The position numbers and the translations under genes are program-made. The notes beneath the pieces are model-generated. The model was not told the origin of the DNA and made no database searches. It saw only the letters and a program-made list of their open reading frames with translations. Below, in pieces: positions 57,830 to 64,000 of a stretch of 64,000 bases of DNA. This DNA comes from Candidatus Bathyarchaeia archaeon (GTDB lineage: Archaea; Thermoproteota; Bathyarchaeia; Bathyarchaeales; Bathycorpusculaceae), in the NCBI GenBank assembly GCA_038883795.1, contig JAVZLK010000006.1, positions 1 to 64,000 on the forward strand. The letters run 5' to 3'. Position 1 is the stretch's first letter. Every line of letters begins with the position of its first letter.

Positions 57830-58003
57830 ATGAAAGTGAAAATGATGAAAACACAATCAAAATCCATGGTGAAATGTCCAAAATGCGGTTTTGCCTTCAA
57901 CATAACTTATGGTAGAGCCTTTGCGTGTTCCGGATGCCCCTCATCTGTGCAATGTGGAATGGCTAAATGCCCAAAATGTGGACATGAATTTCCATTGTCA
58001 TAA
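57830..58003 (+). CDS. 57-aa Cys-rich metal-binding microprotein (not in ORF track)
   Basis: CPKCG...CSGCP..QC...CPKCGHEF; TATA-like TTTTTAAAA upstream. Confidence 0.8.
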   Translation: MKVKMMKTQSKSMVKCPKCGFAFNITYGRAFACSGCPSSVQCGMAKCPKCGHEFPLS

Positions 58004-58099
58004 ATCTTAACGCAAAGACCTTTTAAACTTCTATAGCAGCACATTTTTTAATCAGAACTTTAAATATTTCAAGCACCAAAGCATTAAAAGCATAAGCTA

Positions 58100-58927
58100 A
58101 TGGTGAATCAATTGGCAACTAAAAAAACCCAAAAACGTTTAATGATTCGGTGGACCACATTAAAGGGGTTAACCGCCATCATATTATTCCTAATAATAGC
58201 AGCCTTAATCGAATACGCTATTGTTCTTTACGCCATAAACCTCGGAGTTAACGAGACTCCCCTACAATTTAGCCTCCAATTTCCAGGAACAGATTGGACA
58301 ATAACATTAGCAATAAGTCCACTATTCCACTTGGTTCCAATCGCGGTTATAATTGCGCTCGCCGCAAGTTGGACTTATTTAACAAGGCACATTACAATAA
58401 AGCCCCCTGAAACAACAAAAGGAAAAACTCAGCCTACGAAAAGAAGGAAGGAGGCAAAGGTTTTTGGTAAAATAAAAAGTGGATTATTGCGCGTTAAAAG
58501 TATAGCGTTTATATGGCAGAAAATTCATTTCGCAAGAGCCACAATAAAAAGCGCCCTAACAGTTTTCTTGCTTTTCTCAATATTCGTTTTAATAGTTTCC
58601 CTCTTAGCCTATCCGCAACTCATTTACAGAACAATATCAAATGCCTATCAAAACAACCCATCACTCCTCAATTTTGTGAAGGGTACAGCAGAAGCCTTAG
58701 CGCCTATAGGCGCAATTTTTTCAGGCATAAATAATGCTTTATTATCTGCTGCTCCAACCTTCAGAGACTTTGTCTTAAGCATAGGAATCATAATTAAGCC
58801 CTTAGTGGATTCAGATAATGTTGGAAAATATTTGGCTTTTCAAAATGCTGCGGCTTGGATTTGCGCCATAACCGTCTTAATTTATGGAGAATACGCTCGA
58901 AAAGGTTATCGGTATAGAAGGAAATAG
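58100..58927 (+). CDS. Hypothetical multi-pass membrane protein
   Basis: Four or more hydrophobic segments. Confidence 0.7.
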   Translation: MVNQLATKKTQKRLMIRWTTLKGLTAIILFLIIAALIEYAIVLYAINLGVNETPLQFSLQFPGTDWTITLAISPLFHLVPIAVIIALAASWTYLTRHITIKPPETTKGKTQPTKRRKEAKVFGKIKSGLLRVKSIAFIWQKIHFARATIKSALTVFLLFSIFVLIVSLLAYPQLIYRTISNAYQNNPSLLNFVKGTAEALAPIGAIFSGINNALLSAAPTFRDFVLSIGIIIKPLVDSDNVGKYLAFQNAAAWICAITVLIYGEYARKGYRYRRK

Positions 58928-58944
58928 TGGTTATAGGGTTTTAA

Positions 58945-59811
58945 ATGGCTGACCATCCCAGATTTGGTCCCGCAGGCGTTCCTCCCACATTTAAGATGAT
59001 GAAGGTGGCTTTATCAGATGTCCCGAGACTTTTGCGTGAGGAGGGACTTGATGCTTTTGAGTATCAAGCCGTTCGTTGGGGTGCAAAACCACAAATGAAG
59101 AGAGAAGAAGCTGAAAAACTTGGTTTAGAAGCAAAAGAAAAGGATGTTTGGCTTAGTTTGCATGGCTCCTACTTCATAAACTTCTGCGGCGGAAAAGACA
59201 TCATAGAAGCGAGCAAACAACGCCTAATCGCCTGCGCAACAGCAGCCCAATGGATGAACGCGTATATAGTGGTTTTTCATCCTGGATTTTACGGCAAAAG
59301 AAACCAAAAAGAAGTTTTTAAAAACTGTTTGGAAGCCGTAAGGGAAACAGTTGAGACATTGAAAAATTTGGGAATAGAGAACGTTAAAATTGGACCAGAA
59401 ACCATGGGCAAACCATCCCAATTCGGAAGCTTAGATGAAATTTTAAGCTTATGCGAGGAAGTGGAGCAAACTCAGCCCGTGATTGATTGGGCACACCTGC
59501 ACGCCCGAGACAGGGGACGCTTTAAAACTGTAGATGATTTTCGCAAGGTTTTGGAAGAAATTGAGAAGCGCCTTGGAGCAGACGCCATCAAAAACATGCA
59601 CTGCCACTTCACAAAGGTAGAGTTCACGGAAAAAGGCGAAAAATGCCACCACGTAATGGACGAAGCCGATTATGGACCAGACTTCACAATGCTTGCAAAA
59701 GTCATAGCCGAATACAAACTAAACCCCGTCATAATAAGCGAAAGCCCAATTTTGGACTTGGACGCCATTAAAATGCGTGATATTCTCCAAAAAGAGCTCG
59801 GAAAACCATAG
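58945..59811 (+). CDS. nfo: Endonuclease IV-like TIM-barrel protein
   Basis: HGSYFIN, FHPG, ETMGK, DWAH.HAR, H.H, ESP. Confidence 0.85.
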   Translation: MADHPRFGPAGVPPTFKMMKVALSDVPRLLREEGLDAFEYQAVRWGAKPQMKREEAEKLGLEAKEKDVWLSLHGSYFINFCGGKDIIEASKQRLIACATAAQWMNAYIVVFHPGFYGKRNQKEVFKNCLEAVRETVETLKNLGIENVKIGPETMGKPSQFGSLDEILSLCEEVEQTQPVIDWAHLHARDRGRFKTVDDFRKVLEEIEKRLGADAIKNMHCHFTKVEFTEKGEKCHHVMDEADYGPDFTMLAKVIAEYKLNPVIISESPILDLDAIKMRDILQKELGKP

Positions 59812-59846
59812 CCTTATAGTTAGATAAGTTTTTTATATTCTCTGCA

Positions 59847-61118
59847 ATGGTGTTTATGGGTGCCTTTTTGGTACGGTTGAGGGGATTTCAAAAACTAACA
59901 ACCATAGAAGAAGCATTAAAACTATTTTTTGACAATTTAAAAATTGAAAATTTGAAGACCGTTGTTGTTCCTTTGCATGAAGCGTTGAACCGTGTTCTCG
60001 CAGAGGATGTAATAGCCAGAGAAGATTTGCCAAGGTTTGACCGTTCCGCCGTTGACGGATACGCTGTTAGGGCTGAAGATACTATTGAAGCCTCACAGTT
60101 TAAGCCAAAAACCCTCCACATAACCAATAAAGACGAGATAGGTAATAGAGAAGCAAAACAAGTTTGGACTGGAACCCCGATTCCAAAAGGCGCAAACGCT
60201 GTTGTCATGTTGGAAAACACTAAAAAAGTTGACATGGAAATTGAAGTTTGGACTTCAGTAACGCCGGGCGAAAACATCTCCAAAAAAGGCGAGGATATCT
60301 CAAAAGGCGAAGTGGCATTAAAAGCTGGAACCCGCTTGAAACCTCATCATCTAGGTTTGCTGGCTGCCTTAGGAAACGCCAAAGTTAAGGTTTTTGAAAA
60401 ACCAAAAATCGCCATTTTAGCCACAGGAAACGAGCTCGTGGAAGTAGGCAAAAAACCAAAGGAAGACCAAATTTTTGAGGTTAATAGGCTTGCTCTCTCA
60501 AACCTATGCCGTGAATTGGGCGCCGAACCCATTGACTTAGGAATTGCCAAAGACGACGTGAATGAAATTTTTGAGAAATTAAGAGGGGGACTAGAAAAGG
60601 CTGACGCTGTGATAACAACTGGCGGCACAAGCGTTGGAGCCACAGACCTTGTTCCAGAGGCGGTTAACAAAATTGGAAAGCCTGGCGTTATTGTGCATGG
60701 AGTGGCTATGCGTCCAGCCATGCCCACAGCCCTTGCCATAGCAGATGGAAAGCCAATAATCATTCTTTCCGGTAATCCCGTTGCGGCAATGATTGGATTC
60801 GAAGTTTTTGTGAAGCCGTTAATATGTAAGATGCTTGGACTAAAGCGGGAAGAGCGCAGACCATTAGTGAAGGCGAGAATGACTAGGCGAATCAGCACAT
60901 TTTTAGGAAGAAAAACCTTTGTCCGTGTCCATGTTTTCCAGCGCCAAGGCGAACTTTTCGCAGAGCCCATAAGTGCCCGTGGTTCAGGAATAATTTCAAC
61001 CATGACAAGGGCTAATGGGTATGTGGTGGTTCCAGAAAATAGGGAGGGCTTAGAAGAAGGCGAAACCGTTTCAGTAAACTTATTTGATTACGTGGACTTG
61101 GTGGATGATAATGTTTAG
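59847..61118 (+). CDS. moeA: Molybdopterin molybdotransferase MoeA
   Basis: SAVDGYA, TG.E, TGGTSVG, SGNP. Confidence 0.94.
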   Translation: MVFMGAFLVRLRGFQKLTTIEEALKLFFDNLKIENLKTVVVPLHEALNRVLAEDVIAREDLPRFDRSAVDGYAVRAEDTIEASQFKPKTLHITNKDEIGNREAKQVWTGTPIPKGANAVVMLENTKKVDMEIEVWTSVTPGENISKKGEDISKGEVALKAGTRLKPHHLGLLAALGNAKVKVFEKPKIAILATGNELVEVGKKPKEDQIFEVNRLALSNLCRELGAEPIDLGIAKDDVNEIFEKLRGGLEKADAVITTGGTSVGATDLVPEAVNKIGKPGVIVHGVAMRPAMPTALAIADGKPIIILSGNPVAAMIGFEVFVKPLICKMLGLKREERRPLVKARMTRRISTFLGRKTFVRVHVFQRQGELFAEPISARGSGIISTMTRANGYVVVPENREGLEEGETVSVNLFDYVDLVDDNV

Positions 61119-62346
61119 AAAACTCTTAACATTAGAAGAGGCAAAAAAGGTCATTCAAGAATATTTTAAACCAAAGCCTTTAGGCGTGGAGGAAATCCCG
61201 CTTTTAGAGGCTTGGAACAGGGTTCTCGCAGAAGACATAACAGCCCCAATGGATATTCCGCCTTTCAACCGCTCAACAGTTGACGGATACGCCGTAAAAG
61301 CAGAGGACACCTTCGGCGCAGAGGAAAACAAGCCAGTGAAACTGAAAGTTTGTGGAACGGTGAATGTTGGAGAACTCCCCAAAATAATGGTCAAAAAAGG
61401 CACAGCCGCAGAAATCGCAACAGGCGCCCCCATACCAAAAGGCGCAGACGCCGTTTTAATGTTTGAACAAACAGAGCGCAAGGGCGATGAAATTTACGTT
61501 TACAATGCGGTAGCAAAAAACGAGAATGTCATGAAAGCCGGAGCAGACATAAGAAAAGACGAAACCGTCTTAAAGGCTGGGCAGCGGCTGGGTTCACGTC
61601 AAATAGGAGTTTTAGCTTCAATAGGAATGAATAAAGTTAAAGTTCACGCTATCCCAAAGGTGGCAGTTCTCTCTACAGGTAATGAAGTAACTGAACCAGG
61701 CGAAAAGCTTCCTCCAGGAAAAATTTATGATATAAACGCCTACAGCCTAAGCGCAGCCGTGATGGAAAGCGGCGGAAAACCGGTCTATTTTGGCGTTTTA
61801 CCAGACGACATGACTGTGTTACGGAAGACTTTAGAAAGGGCGTTGACATCGGCAGACATGGTTATAACTTCTGGCGGGGTCTCCATAGGACCCAAGGATG
61901 TAGTGCCGCAAACATTAAATTCCATTGGAAAGCCCGGCGTCATCGTCTGTGGGATGGCAACAAAACCGGGAAAACCCACCACAGTGGCGCTTGTTGATGA
62001 AAAAATTGTTTTCGCCCTTCCGGGACATCCAACCTCTGCTCTGCTAATTTTCCACTTGATTGTAAGTCCAATAATCCAACGGATGGCTGGAAGAAAAATA
62101 AGAAAGCCATTGAAGGTTAGGGCTTTTGCTGCTATGAGGATGTTTCCAGCAAAGGGGAGACGAACATTCATAATGGTAAAGTTAAGGCGTGACGAATCAA
62201 ATAGGCTTGTGGCTGAACCAGTTCCAACGGGGCTTTCTGGGGCTATTACAACGCTTGCAAAGGCTGATGGTTTTGTGGAGATAAACGAAAAACAGCAATT
62301 TATTGACGCTGGAGAGGAAGTGTTAGTGCAATTGTTAAAGCGTTAG
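61111..62346 (+). CDS. moeA: Molybdopterin molybdotransferase MoeA (second paralog)
   Basis: STVDGYA, STGNE, SGGVSIG, KPGKP, LPG.P. Confidence 0.94.
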   Translation: MFRKLLTLEEAKKVIQEYFKPKPLGVEEIPLLEAWNRVLAEDITAPMDIPPFNRSTVDGYAVKAEDTFGAEENKPVKLKVCGTVNVGELPKIMVKKGTAAEIATGAPIPKGADAVLMFEQTERKGDEIYVYNAVAKNENVMKAGADIRKDETVLKAGQRLGSRQIGVLASIGMNKVKVHAIPKVAVLSTGNEVTEPGEKLPPGKIYDINAYSLSAAVMESGGKPVYFGVLPDDMTVLRKTLERALTSADMVITSGGVSIGPKDVVPQTLNSIGKPGVIVCGMATKPGKPTTVALVDEKIVFALPGHPTSALLIFHLIVSPIIQRMAGRKIRKPLKVRAFAAMRMFPAKGRRTFIMVKLRRDESNRLVAEPVPTGLSGAITTLAKADGFVEINEKQQFIDAGEEVLVQLLKR

Positions 62347-62705
62347 CCTTCGAAAACCTTCCTCTTCGCCGTAACATACGCTGTGGAAATCCATGTTAAA
62401 GCTAAATAGGCAAACATACCTATGTCGAGGGCTAGATCTTTTCCAAAATAATAATAGAGCATAAACGCTGAAAATGTTGTAGCTATAAAAAGTAACATGA
62501 CAACAAGCCAAACCGCCCAAACTCTTTTTTTAAATAGTCCGTAGGCAGTTATTAAGTTTAAAACTCCCATTATGCCAATGTGCGGAGGGAAATTAGCTAT
62601 AGGAAAAACAACAAAACATATTACTCCAACAACAGCGTAAAAGGCTAAGACTAAAAAAATTCCAACACTTTCCATTTTAAGTTTAGACTTAATTGACATT
62701 GACAA
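62343..62705 (-). CDS. Hypothetical 4-TM membrane protein
   Basis: Four hydrophobic helices. Confidence 0.7.
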   Translation of the reverse strand: MSMSIKSKLKMESVGIFLVLAFYAVVGVICFVVFPIANFPPHIGIMGVLNLITAYGLFKKRVWAVWLVVMLLFIATTFSAFMLYYYFGKDLALDIGMFAYLALTWISTAYVTAKRKVFEG

Positions 62706-62755
62706 CCGCCTTTAAACCTAAATGGATTGGCAGCATCATTAATAAATTTAATGTT

Positions 62756-63235
62756 TTAAAGTCTTTTTATCATTCCATACTGATACGCTTTGAAACCCAG
62801 TTTCTCGTATAGTTTTATGGCTGTTTCATTTTGTGCAAGCACTATAAGCCTAACAGCAGTTACCTTATGAAATTTCATTATTTTTAGACATTCCATCACA
62901 AGTTTTTTACCTATGCCCTTTCCACGAAACTCTGGAAGAACATAAACATCATTTATTATGCCAACAGATTCAGCCACATCTAATGGATAGTCTTTGGGGA
63001 TGCTGGCGAGAGCAAATCCTACGAGTCTTTTATTAGCTTTGGCAACTAAAAGGAAATTTCTTTTGCTAGCTAAACCTTCATGGACAAACTTAACCCATCT
63101 TTCGCTATTAGCTTCAGAAAGTAAAATAAAATGTTCAATTTCAAACATTTCACGGGCTAAACTAAGCCATAATTCCTTCAAGGAATCATCAACCTCTTCG
63201 GGTTGACACTCGCAAATTTCAACGTCATCTTTCAT
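62756..63235 (-). CDS. GNAT family N-acetyltransferase
   Basis: VYVLPEFRGKGIG, N..A..LYEKLGF. Confidence 0.92.
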   Translation of the reverse strand: MKDDVEICECQPEEVDDSLKELWLSLAREMFEIEHFILLSEANSERWVKFVHEGLASKRNFLLVAKANKRLVGFALASIPKDYPLDVAESVGIINDVYVLPEFRGKGIGKKLVMECLKIMKFHKVTAVRLIVLAQNETAIKLYEKLGFKAYQYGMIKRL

Positions 63236-63307
63236 AATCTTACCACAAAAGGAAACAATATACGAACATAAAAACAAATTTATTTGCACATTGCCAAAGA
63301 AAAGGTT

Positions 63308-63455
63308 ATGCCATTCACATCATTCTATTTTGGTCCAGCACTTCTTTTTGGCTTAGCCTTATCCGGCAATTTTTAATTTGCCAACCCTTCTTGTGGCAAG
63401 CGTAATACCAGACCTAGAACCATTTATGTTATGTATTTTCATGTGTCAGTTTTAG
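63308..63455 (+). pseudogene. Truncated, frameshifted membrane-bound metal-dependent hydrolase remnant
   Basis: MPFTSFYFGPALLFGL then frameshift to FNLPTLLVASVIPDLEP; matches the MPFTPFH..P...DLEP family start. Confidence 0.65.
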
Positions 63456-63600
63456 GCATAATTCTATATCTGCATAAAACCGTGAAAGTAAAGCTTAAGG
63501 AAGAAAAGTAAATGAGTCATCGTGAACTTTTGTTTTGTTTCATGATTCAAAGCACTTAAAGCTTAAGTTTAACTTTTGTCTATTACTATCTTCTGGGGTT

Positions 63601-63942
63601 TTGGTGGAAGAGCAAGCAATTCTATTTGTGAAATCAGAAAAGATTGAACAAGTGGAGTGGAGTATGCCCCACCATGACCACTGGTGCAGTGCTGGTTACA
63701 GAGCCTCCAAAACAGATTTTGTTCTCGCTGAAGAAGATAGAAGGGCTGTTGAAGCCTTAGAAAAATCTGGATTAAATTATAAGGTTATAGATCTCACTTT
63801 GGCAAGCGCCACAATGCGGCTTAAGGCAAAGTTAGAGGGAATTAATGCGACGCCAACCTTAATTTATAAAGGACAAAAAATCAAGGGTTTACAGCAAATT
63901 CTTGAAACACTTACAACAACATTGAAACTGCAACAAAAGTAA
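63601..63942 (+). CDS. Glutaredoxin/thioredoxin-like fold protein lacking CxxC
   Basis: L...GLNYKVIDL and GI.ATPTLIY.G.KI.G C-terminal Grx motif. Confidence 0.65.
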   Translation: MVEEQAILFVKSEKIEQVEWSMPHHDHWCSAGYRASKTDFVLAEEDRRAVEALEKSGLNYKVIDLTLASATMRLKAKLEGINATPTLIYKGQKIKGLQQILETLTTTLKLQQK

Positions 63943-64000
63943 CTCCTTTTTATTCCAAGCGAAAATGTTTAGAACTTCTTAAGAAGAAAATAAGGCTCAT

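Noticed and set aside
59847-62346. Tandem moeA paralogs
   Set aside because: Common in archaea; not novel.

Overview
Archaeal chromosomal window, most consistent with Bathyarchaeia (TACK). This is inferred from gene content: SMC-ScpAB alongside a TackOD1-like protein, exosome/proteasome and rps13-rpoD-MVA-gltX superoperons, and an intron-containing tRNA. About three quarters is core housekeeping: ribosomal proteins, RNAP D/N, enolase, Mvk/Ipk/Idi2/GGPPS, GluRS, condensin, proteasome alpha/exosome, ECF module, MoeA x2. Accessory highlights: (i) a pilin-led operon with a coiled-coil protein, a roadblock-plus-double-psi-barrel-like fusion and a second roadblock protein, no GTPase, flanked by five wHTH genes including a duplicated convergent pair (12.7-16.9 kb); (ii) a decayed integrase-less element (0.8-3.3 kb) with a dif-like 11-6-11 site and three palindromes, spaced 42 and 84 bp, that read ITRVI in a single frame; (iii) a type IV pilus locus whose 814-aa minor pilin has nested domains around three tandem C1q/BclA-like repeats; (iv) tRNA-Met(CAT) with a 45/46 intron, C54 and a degenerate downstream copy; (v) small genes missed by the ORF track, including ribosomal protein eL41. 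All family assignments are by eye from motifs; no searches were run.
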